From assembly GCA_046292465.1 (NCBI GenBank), contig JBKBRB010000006.1, positions 5,520 through 69,519 of the forward strand: a stretch of DNA of 64,000 nucleotides. Direction: 5' to 3'. The notes under the pieces were generated by a model. It ran no database searches, was not told the origin of the DNA, and saw nothing but the letters and a program-made list of their open reading frames with translations. This DNA comes from Chloroherpetonaceae bacterium (GTDB taxonomy: Bacteria; Bacteroidota; Chlorobiia; Chlorobiales; Thermochlorobacteraceae). The position numbers and the translations under genes are program-made. Below, one piece after another: positions 20,607 through 32,270 of this stretch. The number at the start of each line of letters is the position of its first letter. Within the stretch, counting starts at the first letter, position 1.

Positions 20607-21425
20607 TTATGGGTTAATAAAAAAGGTTTGTCGGTTTGAGGGCGCGCCCACATTCGCATCAAATCCAAGCGGATGAAACATCACGAACCAAAAGTAACGT
20701 CGCCCTCTTTGCAATGGCTTAAACACTTTCACACCTGTTGTTCCGGGAAAGGTCGTTTGAATGCGACTGAAATTAATGCGCACCGAATCGCTTGCAAAAA
20801 ATGTCTGTCCTGTTGCCACGGCGACACAATTTTCTTCTCGGAAATCTAAATCCTCGACATAGACTTTCAAGCAATAGAATCCTTGACTTTGATTATTATC
20901 CAACCAGCGGAAAGTTAAGACGCTATCACTTGGCAGTTGAATATCCCCTCTTGGCGCATCGGCTGTTCCGGGTATACGCAGTTCATATTGCTGAAACGCT
21001 TCTGAAAAATCACTTGCTACATCGAGTTTTGAATATGCAACCAATTTGTAGTAATACATTGTGCTCCTCCGCACATTTTCATCAATGAAGACCGTATCAG
21101 GTAAGTTTTGCGCGGCTTGCGAGCCGATTGGAAGTTTTTGGCGCAACGAAAAATTCACCGGCACGCCGTTAATGGCTTGCTCCGTGCGCCACACTTCATA
21201 CCCACCTAAGTTGCGTTCAGGATTTTGAAACCATTCTAATCGAAGTCCGCCTCTTGGCGACTCTCTAATCACAGAAGGTTGAATGCCTCGAATGGCTCTG
21301 GCTGTGTCGGCACTTTTTGGCACAAAGCGCGGCACACTCGGTGGTGTGGCTTGTGGTTCTTCTTTACAAGCCGAAGCAAAGATGGCAATTAATGCAAGTT
21401 GAATGAGTATGAGTTTTGAGTTCAT
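20607..21425 (-). CDS. Lipoprotein with FN3-like domain
   Basis: 'MNSKLILIQLALIAIFASAC' lipobox; 'LEW...GYEVWR...FIDENV...YYYKLVAY...SDFSE'. Confidence 0.7.
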   Translation of the reverse strand: MNSKLILIQLALIAIFASACKEEPQATPPSVPRFVPKSADTARAIRGIQPSVIRESPRGGLRLEWFQNPERNLGGYEVWRTEQAINGVPVNFSLRQKLPIGSQAAQNLPDTVFIDENVRRSTMYYYKLVAYSKLDVASDFSEAFQQYELRIPGTADAPRGDIQLPSDSVLTFRWLDNNQSQGFYCLKVYVEDLDFREENCVAVATGQTFFASDSVRINFSRIQTTFPGTTGVKVFKPLQRGRRYFWFVMFHPLGFDANVGAPSNRQTFFINP

Positions 21426-21439
21426 GGTTCTAATTATTT

Positions 21440-22519
21440 TCACAACCATTCATCTAATCGCACGCTCAGTGAAATTCGATGTGGCGACCCTAATTCGCTG
21501 TTTTGATAGGCATAATCGATAAACAAGGCACGAATAATCGACAGCCCTGCACCGAGCGTCAGTTGCTTATCAAACGAGCCGACGCGTAGTGCAAGCAAAG
21601 AGCGGTACCGATATTCTGCTCCGATTGATGTAATGCCGTTGTAGCGCGTGTCGCGGCTAATCACGCCCAAAATACTGCTTGAAAGAAATGGCAGTGGCTG
21701 TTGATACGAAAGCGACGCAATCAGACAGCGCGGAATGGCGGCTTTGTTGTTGCCTTTATCAGGTGTGTTCCAAGTTATTGGTGTGTTAAATAAATCTCTC
21801 ACGGTTAAGCCGAGTGCCATCATTCCGAGCGATTTACTTCCAACAAAATCATTCACGTTGAAGCGAAGCATTGTGCCAATGTCGACGCCAATCCCTGTGC
21901 CTGAAACGGAATTGGCACCCACGAATTCATTTAATCGATTTCCCGAAAATCCTTCACGAACATATTTGAAGGTAATTCCGACAGGCAACTCGATTGGCAG
22001 GTTAAAATACTGCCAGCCAAAGTCGAGCCGACGAAACAAGTTTTTTGAAAAGGTAACGAAAACCGCATCGCTTACATTTGCAAACGAGCCGATGTTATAT
22101 CGCCCTTCAACAATGCCTGCAAAGTCAAATGGGTCGTTGGGATTGAGTTGCGCACTTTCGTTGAGCGGAATATCGGAGACACTGTTGCGAATCCAGTTGA
22201 GTGAAAGCCCTACGCCACCGCCCAAGTTTTGCGTGTATCCCAAATGAAAGTAATGTGAGAGCGGGTCGCCCAGTGTTCCAAATTGATTGGAATACATGGT
22301 GCTAACAAGTTGCCCATCGACGAAGGCGACGGCGGCAGGATTCCAATAAAAGCCGGAGCCGTCGTTGTTATCAATCGGCGTAAACTGCCCGCCTAACGCC
22401 AAAGCACGCGCACCCAGCGGAATTTCCAAGAACGCCGCCGTGTAGTTTTGCGCTTGAATCGACACAACTCTACACACCAGCAGAAGCGCAAGCAGAATTT
22501 TCAAATGCGTCTTTATCAT
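21440..22519 (-). CDS. PorV/PorQ-family outer-membrane beta-barrel
   Basis: 'FLEIPLGARALALGG...D.SGFYWNPAA' N-terminal signature; C-terminal 'DYAY...LG.PHRISL'. Confidence 0.82.
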   Translation of the reverse strand: MIKTHLKILLALLLVCRVVSIQAQNYTAAFLEIPLGARALALGGQFTPIDNNDGSGFYWNPAAVAFVDGQLVSTMYSNQFGTLGDPLSHYFHLGYTQNLGGGVGLSLNWIRNSVSDIPLNESAQLNPNDPFDFAGIVEGRYNIGSFANVSDAVFVTFSKNLFRRLDFGWQYFNLPIELPVGITFKYVREGFSGNRLNEFVGANSVSGTGIGVDIGTMLRFNVNDFVGSKSLGMMALGLTVRDLFNTPITWNTPDKGNNKAAIPRCLIASLSYQQPLPFLSSSILGVISRDTRYNGITSIGAEYRYRSLLALRVGSFDKQLTLGAGLSIIRALFIDYAYQNSELGSPHRISLSVRLDEWL

Positions 22520-22540
22520 CTTTGAGTTAAATCGTTCGAG

Positions 22541-25500
22541 TTATCGCAAGCGGACGATTTTAATAATTTTCTCGATTGCACGTCCTCGCGATGTAATGCG
22601 CAGTTTTCCATAATAAACGCCGTTAGCGACTTCGTTGCCGTTGTCGTCTTTGCCAGTCCAAATGAGTGCATGGTCGCCGCTACTCCTCAGTTGTCCAACG
22701 CCATCCGCCACCTGTGAGCCAGTTGGAAACACGCTTAATGCACGTGGTCCCGGCTCACGGCACGTTGCAATCAATCGCCCTGAAACCGTGTAAATTTTCA
22801 GTTCAAAGGCATCGGCTTCTTGAATCGGGTTAATGACTTGATAGGCGATAAAGGTTCTTTCGTTAAACGGATTAGGGTATGCACCATGGGCAACCAAATC
22901 AAAATCTGCGCTCACATTGAAGCGCATTTTTTCCGAGCGCACTTCGTTCAAATTTGCATCATGGAAAACAAACTGCAGGGTATTTTCTCCCGGCTCAAAC
23001 TCATCGTCGAATGTCATTCCAACCACGTTGGCATTGGGCGTATTGCGCGGAATTGTGAGTTTTGATTTTAAGGCTTCGGAACTATCGTTATTACGAATTA
23101 CCCTAATTAGATCTTCATCAATGTAAATGCCATTCTGGTCTTGAACAACCACCGTCACTCTTGGGCGACGCGATGCTGGCGAGCCAGAGCGATAGGCTTG
23201 TCCTTCAATACCCAAACTCACAATTGGACGCTCTGAATCGGTTGTGTTCATCAAACTGTATGTTCCAAAACGTGGCGCTTCAAATTGAATCGTCAGAGAA
23301 TCTACACGTCTTTGACTTATTACCTTCAACCAACGTTCAATCGGTTCAGAGAAGAAATATGCCGATGTGTTTTGGCGTATCTCTGACGGTTCATTCGAGG
23401 AAATTTTCATTTTTACTGCGATAGGCTTTGTGAGCGTCAAGCTTGTATCGACGCGCTCAATGCGATACGCCAACCGCTCTGCTGTATTTGACTGCGATGC
23501 TAAACGCACGAAATTATTATCTGGCTGACTGATTTTCGGCGGATTCACAATCCTTGAGATGCGCAAAAATCCATTTTGCGAGAAGGTATTGGGTTCATAA
23601 ACAAGACGCACGTTCTCATCAATCGTGATTGAATCAGCAGCGGTGCGCACTCTGAACAAGTTATACTGAACCGCGCGTTGATTAGAAAGATTGTTGAAAT
23701 AAGTTGATTCATATCGTTGTCCTGTCGTATCTGCAAGCACTCTGATTCCGATGCGATAGGTTTCCAACAAGTTCATCCACGAGGGCACGGGGATTTTTGC
23801 TTTTGCCACGCCATTTGCAGGCAACGCGACGCTTACCGTGTCAATAAGACGAATTTGGCTTGCGACTAAATACGGCGATTGGTTCGGCGCAATTCCGTTT
23901 GAGATAGAATTTTCGTAGAAATAAACGACGGCTCTTTCAACAGGCTGATTGCTCCAGTTATAGACATCGGCAGCAATCACAACGCGTTCACCATCGGGGT
24001 AAAAGTCAATCGTGTTGTTGTTGAAAAGTTGTCCTTCGCCTTCAGTAGCACGGCGCACGGCGGCAACATCGGGCGGGTTGCCCACTTGCGCGAGGAATGA
24101 GTCAGAAAAGAATTGTCCGCTATCGGTTTGTGCAACAGCGCGATAGGTTACGCGATTCGGTTCGCGCATGTAGATTGCAGGGATTGAATCAATGGTCTGG
24201 TAGAGGTTCGGCGCAGTCATGGTTGAAGCCAATCGACGCTGAAAGACTGTGCTGAATACGGTTGTATCTGCGGGCGTTGAAAGTGCTAATCGCGCTGGCT
24301 CGACGGCTTGAACGCTCACATCAAGCGCAACATTTGAGATATTGAATCGCGACTCGACTTCCATCACAAAGCGTTGTGCTTCGTTTTGAACTGTTGCAAA
24401 GTCTCGTGTTGGCTCAATGCGTCGGAAAAACGGTGCAGCGGTCGTGAAACTGATGTTTCCGTTTGCATCATCGTTGCCCTCAATACTTCTCACATACACT
24501 TTGAAATGTCCGCCCCTCATAGCAGGCATTTGTCCTCTACCGTCAGGTGGATTTGGAATTTGCACAAAGAGCGTATCGACGAACACACCATTTTGCAGTT
24601 GTCCAATTTTTCCATTTTGCACGATGAAGGGAATCGGAGCCGTGCTCACATCAAAATTGTTTTGGTCGGTAATGCGTCCTTCGCCAATGCCATTTTCAAT
24701 GCCGTCGACGCTTCCAACCACTTTCAAAACAGAACCGATTGGCGCAATGTTCGTCGGCAAGTTCCAACGAATGCGTGAGCGATTATTGGCATTACGCTTT
24801 GGCGCAACGAGCCGCACAGCCGGGTCACCAATGACCCCATATTGGTGCATTTGCGATGGGGCTTGCTCAGGATAAACATTGATGTTTCTCAGGTAGTAAC
24901 GAATTTTGCCTCTGAACATCATGTCGCCAACTGTCAGACCTTGAAAGCGCTCATTGAACAAAAAGTCATAAACGGCTTGTGCCATCAAAAAATCGTTGAT
25001 GAACCAGCCGTAGCCTGCTGAGGCAATCAAGCCAATTGCACCACGCTGTCGTGAAATGGTGAAGGTGCGCGAGAGCGGTTGCTCTGTATCAATTGCACCC
25101 ACGAAGCAAGTAAAGCTGGTTACGAATGGCAATGTGTTGAAATTATTGAGCAGTAGGGCGGATTGATTGTCGAGCAATCGGCTATCACCCCAAATTGCAC
25201 CGCCACCGTGTCCCATAAAATTCACGACCGAATATCCTTCGTTCATCTTATCCAAAAGTTGTTGGGTTGAACCAACATATCGGTCGAAGGTAAGCGTTTG
25301 GTCATATTTCAAGCGTCCAAGCCCTGTATGCAATCGGTCAATAAAAAATGAGCGGTTGATATGATTACGCACAAGAGAATCCGTTTGCGCGAGTTTGTTA
25401 TTTTGTTGGGGCTGTCCATCTAAACCAAACACGTTTCCGCCGCCTTCTGCCTCGCCGCCAATGAGCAAAATTTTGTTCTTCCAAACGCCCATCGTTGGGT

Positions 25501-28225
25501 TCGTTTCATACTTGATAAGTTTTTCCAGATACAATCCAACTTCTTGCCTTGTTACAACAGGCAAGCGCGCAATCTGCATGTCGGGCACAAGGTCGAGTTG
25601 TCCTGTTTCGTCTATGCCGTCAATCATTGCAAACCATGAGTCGGAAGGCGTTGCGCCGAAAATGAACGTTTGGACATGAAAGGTTGGCACATCCCCACGC
25701 CGTATTCTGGCGAAGCGCGTCGGACCAACAAGCAACACGTAAGTTGGCGGCTGTTGCCACTCGTGATACGCATAGTTCAAAAACTCACGAATGGCATGTG
25801 GACTTCGTATGCCGTAGTTAAACTCGTCGTAAATGCTTTCAACCGTTGTTACCAGCACATTGCTGTTTTCGCCACGCGCCGCTAACACTGCCTCTCGATG
25901 TTGCTTGTATCGGAAAATTTCGTTTTGAGGATTGGTCGCACTTTGCTCGGTGATGAAGTTGTTGGAGGTGATGAGAATGAAATTGTAGTTATTGTTTCGG
26001 TCTACCAAACGGCGTTGTGGGTTGTAGTAATCCGCTGGTTCTACTTTTTCATAGCGCACAGGCAATTTTTTCTTTGTGGTTTCAATCGCGAGATATTCCA
26101 CGCTTTCAGGGTTAATGACGTCGTCTTGGAAAACAATTTGAAAAAATGTTCCGGGCAAAAAGCCGCCGAAGCCATCAGGCTCTTGATACGGACGAAGGAT
26201 AAAGTTTGTGATTTTACCAACGCCTTTTTTGTAGAGGTCAATGTTCTGCGATGTAAATCCGCCGATTTGGAATTGATAGCGGCCGGGCACAGAGCGTGGC
26301 GGCGTAGTGAACGTGATTTCGTTTTGATAGGCGCGATATAGCCGCTTGTAACTGATTTTGAACCAGTTGAATGCGAATGTTCGTGCAGGATTGCCTTCGT
26401 TATATCGGTCTTCGTTTTGAATGCTGAGCTGCAAGCGTTGTTGGGCGTCTGTCAAGCCTGCACGCAAGATACCGTGAAACTCTTGCGGCAATCGAATTTT
26501 TTGGATATGTGGAATTTGTGAGTTTGCGCCTCGCCCCCACTCTGCGGTCATGATTCGTATCGAGTTAAGCGACACAGCAGCAATGTTTTGGCTGTTAGAT
26601 AGTCCGCCTACTCGACTGATGCCGTGAAAAGCGGCTTCAATATCAATGAAATCTTCGTTAAGGGTAATGGGATTGAGCTGTATATCAGGATAAGGAATGG
26701 GAATGGTGAAATCGATGCGGCGATTGAGCGAGATTTGGGTCCAGAAAATTTTATCGCGTGAATCTGAGTGATTGCGCGTGCGTCGGTAGGCTGGCGTGCG
26801 AATGGAATCGTAAAATCCGCTCAATCGATTTTCGGTGTTGACGATGACGCGAATATCAGTGGTATCTCCACCAGCGATGAAGAACTTTTCTGGAAGGTCG
26901 TCTGCGTCGGCTTCGAAGTGCAAAGTACTACGGAACGAGCGAAAGAGCGTGCCGCCTGCAAAGAAGGGCGAGTTAGGTGCAATGGTCGTGCGAATCTCGC
27001 CAGAAATTTCCGTCAAGCGAAGCCCACGATTTTGCGGCGTCAGGGTTTGCTCCCAATAGAGGTAATAAACATTCTCTTCGGAGAAGGGGTCGCGATACAT
27101 ATCGGGGCGCGTGGTGTCTTTGCCACCAATTTGATGACGCTCTCCAAAGAACTCGATGAAGTCATCACGATTGAAGCGTCCATCATTTTCGCCGCGCACC
27201 AAAATTGGGATTTCTCGGCTCTTGTTGAAAATCCGATAGGTTCTTGGGTCGGCACTGAAAAAATCGGGCGGCAAACCTCCATCTAAAAATTCGAAGAATC
27301 CGATACGGTAAAGTCCATCTTCATTGACGATGATTCGATACTTCGGCACAATCGGCAAGCCAGAATACGGCTTGGCAAGTTGCGCATTTGGAATTGTATT
27401 CGTGCCGTTGTTAAACAGCATTTGTTGAGTTGGCACGATTGTATTCGGCTGAACTAAGGTTGGCTTAAATCGCTCGCGCTTGGCGGGCATTTTGCTGAGC
27501 AGTTCTTTTTCATCTATGCCGATTTTGAACTGTGATGCGTCTTGATGCTCTGTGCCGAGCGTGAGTTCAACCGTAATTTTTTTCGTGTAGGAAAGCGTTT
27601 TCGTGTTTGGGTTATACAGATATGGCGAAACCGAAAGCATAGAGATGTCGGTGCCGCGCATTGAGCCTGCAAAGAACCAATCGAGTTGTTTTTTGGGATA
27701 AACATCGCTTGGCTTAATCGTTCGTTTTCGCTCGTAAGTTTCTTCTTTTGGCATGCCGATTGGCGTATCATTTTCGGCTTCTGAATTAAACGGAAGTGTC
27801 AGACGCACAGACCCTTGTCCTGCAACACTTACAATGCGCGCCGAAAGAATTTTGCCCTGCACTTCATAAGTGAAATACGGAATCGGATAAACGACATGCT
27901 CATTCTGATACGACCGCTTTTCCACCTCGATGCGTTGAACGCTTGAACCATCGGGCAGAGATTCGCTGATAACTTTCGGCTCGTCGAATTCAAGTTCCAT
28001 CACGACTTTGTTATTGCCGCGCGGCTCTACTTTGAGCACGGAGGCTTTGACTTCTGCTTCTTTGAGCGCGTCGCTGTTTTTTTGAGGTATGCTCTTTTGA
28101 AAGAGCGTGTTAGACTTGGGTGTGAAGCGTTGTTCTGCATCTTGTGCTGCTAGCGTTTGAACGGCAGGCAGGTTGAGAAGCGCAAGAGAAATAGTCAGAA
28201 CGATGCCTCGTTGTATCGGGTTCAT
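22541..28225 (-). CDS. Large C25 (gingipain-family) cysteine peptidase, PorU-like, with C-terminal sorting/FlgD-like domain
   Basis: Signal peptide from ATG 28225; propeptide; 'IYDEFNYG...AIREFL...YVLLVG'; dyad 'FMGHGG'/'SFTCFVG'; C-terminal 'YPNPF...KIYTVSGRLI...WTGKD.NG.EVANGVYY'. Confidence 0.82.
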   Translation of the reverse strand: MNPIQRGIVLTISLALLNLPAVQTLAAQDAEQRFTPKSNTLFQKSIPQKNSDALKEAEVKASVLKVEPRGNNKVVMELEFDEPKVISESLPDGSSVQRIEVEKRSYQNEHVVYPIPYFTYEVQGKILSARIVSVAGQGSVRLTLPFNSEAENDTPIGMPKEETYERKRTIKPSDVYPKKQLDWFFAGSMRGTDISMLSVSPYLYNPNTKTLSYTKKITVELTLGTEHQDASQFKIGIDEKELLSKMPAKRERFKPTLVQPNTIVPTQQMLFNNGTNTIPNAQLAKPYSGLPIVPKYRIIVNEDGLYRIGFFEFLDGGLPPDFFSADPRTYRIFNKSREIPILVRGENDGRFNRDDFIEFFGERHQIGGKDTTRPDMYRDPFSEENVYYLYWEQTLTPQNRGLRLTEISGEIRTTIAPNSPFFAGGTLFRSFRSTLHFEADADDLPEKFFIAGGDTTDIRVIVNTENRLSGFYDSIRTPAYRRTRNHSDSRDKIFWTQISLNRRIDFTIPIPYPDIQLNPITLNEDFIDIEAAFHGISRVGGLSNSQNIAAVSLNSIRIMTAEWGRGANSQIPHIQKIRLPQEFHGILRAGLTDAQQRLQLSIQNEDRYNEGNPARTFAFNWFKISYKRLYRAYQNEITFTTPPRSVPGRYQFQIGGFTSQNIDLYKKGVGKITNFILRPYQEPDGFGGFLPGTFFQIVFQDDVINPESVEYLAIETTKKKLPVRYEKVEPADYYNPQRRLVDRNNNYNFILITSNNFITEQSATNPQNEIFRYKQHREAVLAARGENSNVLVTTVESIYDEFNYGIRSPHAIREFLNYAYHEWQQPPTYVLLVGPTRFARIRRGDVPTFHVQTFIFGATPSDSWFAMIDGIDETGQLDLVPDMQIARLPVVTRQEVGLYLEKLIKYETNPTMGVWKNKILLIGGEAEGGGNVFGLDGQPQQNNKLAQTDSLVRNHINRSFFIDRLHTGLGRLKYDQTLTFDRYVGSTQQLLDKMNEGYSVVNFMGHGGGAIWGDSRLLDNQSALLLNNFNTLPFVTSFTCFVGAIDTEQPLSRTFTISRQRGAIGLIASAGYGWFINDFLMAQAVYDFLFNERFQGLTVGDMMFRGKIRYYLRNINVYPEQAPSQMHQYGVIGDPAVRLVAPKRNANNRSRIRWNLPTNIAPIGSVLKVVGSVDGIENGIGEGRITDQNNFDVSTAPIPFIVQNGKIGQLQNGVFVDTLFVQIPNPPDGRGQMPAMRGGHFKVYVRSIEGNDDANGNISFTTAAPFFRRIEPTRDFATVQNEAQRFVMEVESRFNISNVALDVSVQAVEPARLALSTPADTTVFSTVFQRRLASTMTAPNLYQTIDSIPAIYMREPNRVTYRAVAQTDSGQFFSDSFLAQVGNPPDVAAVRRATEGEGQLFNNNTIDFYPDGERVVIAADVYNWSNQPVERAVVYFYENSISNGIAPNQSPYLVASQIRLIDTVSVALPANGVAKAKIPVPSWMNLLETYRIGIRVLADTTGQRYESTYFNNLSNQRAVQYNLFRVRTAADSITIDENVRLVYEPNTFSQNGFLRISRIVNPPKISQPDNNFVRLASQSNTAERLAYRIERVDTSLTLTKPIAVKMKISSNEPSEIRQNTSAYFFSEPIERWLKVISQRRVDSLTIQFEAPRFGTYSLMNTTDSERPIVSLGIEGQAYRSGSPASRRPRVTVVVQDQNGIYIDEDLIRVIRNNDSSEALKSKLTIPRNTPNANVVGMTFDDEFEPGENTLQFVFHDANLNEVRSEKMRFNVSADFDLVAHGAYPNPFNERTFIAYQVINPIQEADAFELKIYTVSGRLIATCREPGPRALSVFPTGSQVADGVGQLRSSGDHALIWTGKDDNGNEVANGVYYGKLRITSRGRAIEKIIKIVRLR

Positions 28226-28347
28226 TGCAGATGGTAGAGTACTCAAAAAGGTTTTCGTTTTTCGGCTTTTTGGGTGTGAGCACAAGTTTAAGGAATTGAG
28301 AACTGTCTTTTCAGCCCTCAATTTTTCCCCAGTTTCACTTTGTTGCA

Positions 28348-31300
28348 TTACGCTTTGCCGTGGCAGTGTTTATATTTTTTGCCGCTTCCGCATGGGCAAG
28401 GGTCGTTTCGTCCAGGAGTTTTCTCGACTCGAATGGGCATTTGCTTAGGCGCTTCTTCGGTCTCGACATCGCCTCGCGCCCTTTGCGCAGATGCAACCGA
28501 ATAAGCACTTGTTGCTTCGGCGTGTGTGGCGACTAATCGCTCACGGCGGATTTTGGATTTCGGCTCTTTCAGCAACTGTGCTTGTGATGTTTGCGACGGC
28601 GCTACGGTTGGATAGAGTTTGAACGCCAATGACAGCGTTTCAGAGCCAATCGACTCGAGCATATCGACAAAGAGTTTGAACGCTTCTTGTTTATACTCGA
28701 GCAGTGGGTCTTTTTGTCCGTAGGCGCGAAGGTTGATACCTTCTTTGATATCGTCGATATCGCGCAAGTGTTCGCGCCACTTTTCATCGATGACGGAAAG
28801 CGTTGCGAATCTTTCAATGCGTCCCATCATGTCGCTGCCAAGCAGTTCTTCTTTGCGCTTGTAGAACTCTGCGGCTGTTTGATAGATTTTATCCGCGACG
28901 CCGTCTTTCCCTAACTTTTGCCACTCTTGTTCGGTGAAGGAAATCTCGACGGAAAGTTCGCGCAGGAGTTGGTCACGGAGTTGGTCAATTTCGACGTGGT
29001 CGTAATACTTTGCGGCGAGTTGGTCGGCATAGTCTTTTAACAAGCCAAAGAGTTCTAATCGGAGACGCTCTTTGAAGAGCGCGTTGCGGCGTCGGGCATA
29101 GACGATTTCGCGCTGTTGGTTCATGACGTTGTCATACTCGAGCAGGCGTTTGCGCGTGGCGAAGTTTTGCTCTTCGACTTTGCGTTGCGCACGCTCGATG
29201 GATTTGGTCACAAGGCTATGCTGAATGACTTCTCCCTCTTGATGTCCCAATCGATCCATAACGGCGGCGATGCGCTCCGAGCCGAACAGACGCATGAGAT
29301 CGTCCTCGAGCGAGATAAAAAAGACCGAGACACCTGGGTCGCCTTGTCTGCCGGCGCGTCCGCGAAGTTGGCGGTCGATGCGCCGAGATTCGTGCCGCTC
29401 AGTGCCGAGAATAAACAAGCCTCCGAGTTCTCTGACGCCTTCGCCAAGTTTGATGTCGGTGCCTCGCCCTGCCATGTTGGTGGCAATCGTAACCGCGCCT
29501 TTTTGCCCTGCTTGCGCAACGATTTCCGCCTCACGTGCATGCTGTTTTGCGTTTAAGACGTTGTGCGGAATTTTTCGGGCTTTGAGCATGCGCGAAAGCG
29601 TTTCGGAGACTTCAACGCTCGTTGTCCCAACCAAAACAGGCTGACCTTTTTCGCGGAGTCTTTCGATTTCGGCAATGACAGCGTTATACTTTTCGCGCTT
29701 CGTTTTGTAAATCCTATCCTCAAGGTCTTGTCGGATAACAGGCTTGTTCGTTGGAATTACCACAACATCGAGTTTGTAGATTTCAAAAAATTCTGGAGCT
29801 TCGGTTTCCGCTGTGCCCGTCATACCTGCAAGTTTTTTGTAGAGGCGGAAATAATTTTGAAGCGTGATAGTCGCCATTGTTTGCGTTTCGCCTTCAATCT
29901 TGACGCCTTCTTTGGCTTCAATGGCTTGGTGAAGTCCGTCGCTGTATCGGCGTCCCACCAGAATGCGTCCTGTAAATTCATCAACGATTAAGACCTTACC
30001 ATCTTGAACCACGTATTCGTCATCGCGTTCATAAAGCGAATAGGCTTTTAAGAGTTGCGAGACATTGTGGATTCGTTCAGAGCGTTCAGAGTAAAGGCGA
30101 TAGAGTTCGTCTTTCTTCTGCTGTCTTTCTGCTTCTGTTAAGTTTTCTTGTTGGATTTTAGCCAGTTCGGTGCCAATGTCGGGAAGCACAAACATATCGG
30201 CGGATTGGGTTTCGCCTGCGATGAAATTACGCCCTTTTTCAGTGAGGTCAATCGTATGGAAGCGTTCGTCAATGGCGAAGAAGAGTTCTTCGTCGACCTT
30301 GTGCATTTCTTTGGCGTTGTCTTTCAGGAACTCGTTCTCGACGGCTTGCATAAGACGCATATTGCCTGGCTCACCGATGAGTTTGAGATATTTCTTGTTT
30401 TTCGGCTGTCCGCGTTTAGCACGAAGCAGTGCAAGTCCTGCTTGAAACTCCCAGTCTTTGGCAGCTTTTTCTTTTTCGGTTAGGTAGCGTTCAGCATCAG
30501 CGAGCAATTTGCCGACAAGGTTTTGTTGAGCACGCACCAGCCGCTCGACTTTGGGCTTCATTTCCTCGAACTTGGAGTTATCGCTGTGCGGAACAGGTCC
30601 TGAAATGATGAGCGGGGTTCGCGCTTCGTCAATTAAAACGGAGTCGACTTCATCGACAATGGCGTAATTGAAATTGCGATGCACGACTTCCTCTTTCGAG
30701 GTTGCCATGTTATCGCGCAAGTAATCGAAGCCTAATTCGTTGTTCGTGCCGAAAGTAATATCACAAGCATACATCTGTTTGCGCGTTGCAGAATCCATTT
30801 CAGAGAGAATTACACCAACCGTAAGTCCGTGAAATTCATAAATCGGTTTCATCCACTCACAGTCGCGCTTAGCAAGGTAATCATTAACGGTAACCACATG
30901 CACGCCGCGCCCCGTCAGCGCGTTGAGAAATGTTGGCAGAACAGCCACGAGGGTTTTGCCTTCGCCCGTTGCCATTTCCGCAATTTTGCCTTCGTGTAGC
31001 ACCACACCGCCGATAAGTTGCACATCGTAAGGAATCATATCCCAACGAATCATTGAGCCTGCCACTTGCCATTCTTTTCCGACATGGCGACGGCAGGTTT
31101 CTTTGACAATCGCAAAGGCTTCGGGAAGAATTTCGTTCAAAATTTCTTCGGTCTCTTCGTGCAGTTGCTTTTCAAGCAATTCAATTTCATCTTTGATGGC
31201 TTGAACTTCATCAAAGGTGAGGTCGAGGTTTTCTAACTTCTTTTTTTCGTCGGCAAGAGCCGCTTCAGTTTCGGCACAGTGCGCTTTGATGCGGGCTTTG

Positions 31301-31446
31301 AGTTCAGCAGTCTTGGCACGTAACTCGTCGTCAGAAAGCGATTGAAATTCTTGGTAGTAGGCGTTAATCGCATCGACGATGGGCGCAATGCGCTTGATGT
31401 CTTTGTCGTGCTTCGTGCCGAAAATTTTGGTCAAAAATTTGAGCAT
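28348..31446 (-). CDS. secA: Preprotein translocase subunit SecA
   Basis: 'EMATGEGKT', 'IVDEVDS', '[10 protein letters not shown]', '[13 protein letters not shown]', SEC-C '[13 protein letters not shown]'. Confidence 0.98.
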   Translation of the reverse strand: MLKFLTKIFGTKHDKDIKRIAPIVDAINAYYQEFQSLSDDELRAKTAELKARIKAHCAETEAALADEKKKLENLDLTFDEVQAIKDEIELLEKQLHEETEEILNEILPEAFAIVKETCRRHVGKEWQVAGSMIRWDMIPYDVQLIGGVVLHEGKIAEMATGEGKTLVAVLPTFLNALTGRGVHVVTVNDYLAKRDCEWMKPIYEFHGLTVGVILSEMDSATRKQMYACDITFGTNNELGFDYLRDNMATSKEEVVHRNFNYAIVDEVDSVLIDEARTPLIISGPVPHSDNSKFEEMKPKVERLVRAQQNLVGKLLADAERYLTEKEKAAKDWEFQAGLALLRAKRGQPKNKKYLKLIGEPGNMRLMQAVENEFLKDNAKEMHKVDEELFFAIDERFHTIDLTEKGRNFIAGETQSADMFVLPDIGTELAKIQQENLTEAERQQKKDELYRLYSERSERIHNVSQLLKAYSLYERDDEYVVQDGKVLIVDEFTGRILVGRRYSDGLHQAIEAKEGVKIEGETQTMATITLQNYFRLYKKLAGMTGTAETEAPEFFEIYKLDVVVIPTNKPVIRQDLEDRIYKTKREKYNAVIAEIERLREKGQPVLVGTTSVEVSETLSRMLKARKIPHNVLNAKQHAREAEIVAQAGQKGAVTIATNMAGRGTDIKLGEGVRELGGLFILGTERHESRRIDRQLRGRAGRQGDPGVSVFFISLEDDLMRLFGSERIAAVMDRLGHQEGEVIQHSLVTKSIERAQRKVEEQNFATRKRLLEYDNVMNQQREIVYARRRNALFKERLRLELFGLLKDYADQLAAKYYDHVEIDQLRDQLLRELSVEISFTEQEWQKLGKDGVADKIYQTAAEFYKRKEELLGSDMMGRIERFATLSVIDEKWREHLRDIDDIKEGINLRAYGQKDPLLEYKQEAFKLFVDMLESIGSETLSLAFKLYPTVAPSQTSQAQLLKEPKSKIRRERLVATHAEATSAYSVASAQRARGDVETEEAPKQMPIRVEKTPGRNDPCPCGSGKKYKHCHGKA

Positions 31447-31491
31447 TGTATCGTGTTTTGTGGTTGTCAAATCATATGGTTTTGCTGACTT

Positions 31492-31908
31492 TTAGACCAA
31501 TTTTGTTGTGCGATTGTTTTCAACCCACGAGCGAATGTAGGTTGCAATTTCCTCTGTGTTTGCACCGGGCGTAAAGAGTTTTCCGACACCCATTTGGGCG
31601 AGTTTTTCAACATCTTCTTCGGGAATAATTCCACCGCCTGTAAGCAGCACATCGTCCAAGCCTTTTTCTTTCATCAAAGCAAGAATGCGCGGGAAAATCG
31701 TCATGTGCGCGCCGCTCAAAATGCTGATTCCAATGGCGTCAACGTCTTCTTGCAAGGCGGCTTCAACAATCATCTCGGGCGTTTGGCGCAAGCCTGTGTA
31801 AATGACTTCCATGCCTGCATCGCGCAAGGCGGCAGCAATAACCTTCGCCCCACGGTCGTGCCCGTCTAATCCTGCTTTAGCAATCAATACGCGTATTGGT
31901 CTTGACAT
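31492..31908 (-). CDS. Stand-alone cobalamin-binding domain (methylmalonyl-CoA mutase small-subunit type)
   Basis: 'GLDGHDRG' (DxHxxG), 'GLRQTPE', 'ISILSGAH', 'GGGIIP'. Confidence 0.92.
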   Translation of the reverse strand: MSRPIRVLIAKAGLDGHDRGAKVIAAALRDAGMEVIYTGLRQTPEMIVEAALQEDVDAIGISILSGAHMTIFPRILALMKEKGLDDVLLTGGGIIPEEDVEKLAQMGVGKLFTPGANTEEIATYIRSWVENNRTTKLV

Positions 31909-32270
31909 TCAACTCTCAATTTGTGTTACGAGAATGAGAACGCAAAGATAAGAAAACCTTATGGAGAGGAAAGCGGCAATTTTGAGGCTGTTTTGTCTGC
32001 CCTTGGCGTTAGGCGTTCTTAGCGTCGTGATAGTTTTTCCACGGCAATCGGCATGCGTTTAACATCTGAAACACATCGAAAAAATTGAAACGGCGAGAGA
32101 ACAGATGTCGTACTACCATCGTTGTTCCGAAAACTGCCTACTGCACATCTGTGAATCAGGCTTCACTTCGGCATATTTACTACTGCACGATATTTTCTTT
32201 CGGACTATCTCCCACCGTTTCTTATCGCTAATTGAGGAGAAAAGAACAGATACTACACGCTTTTCGAGAA

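Noticed and set aside
31961-32062. 33-aa hydrophobic small ORF (MERKAAILRLFCLPLALGVLSVVIVF...)
   Set aside because: No RBS or other support; could be chance. Needs Ribo-seq
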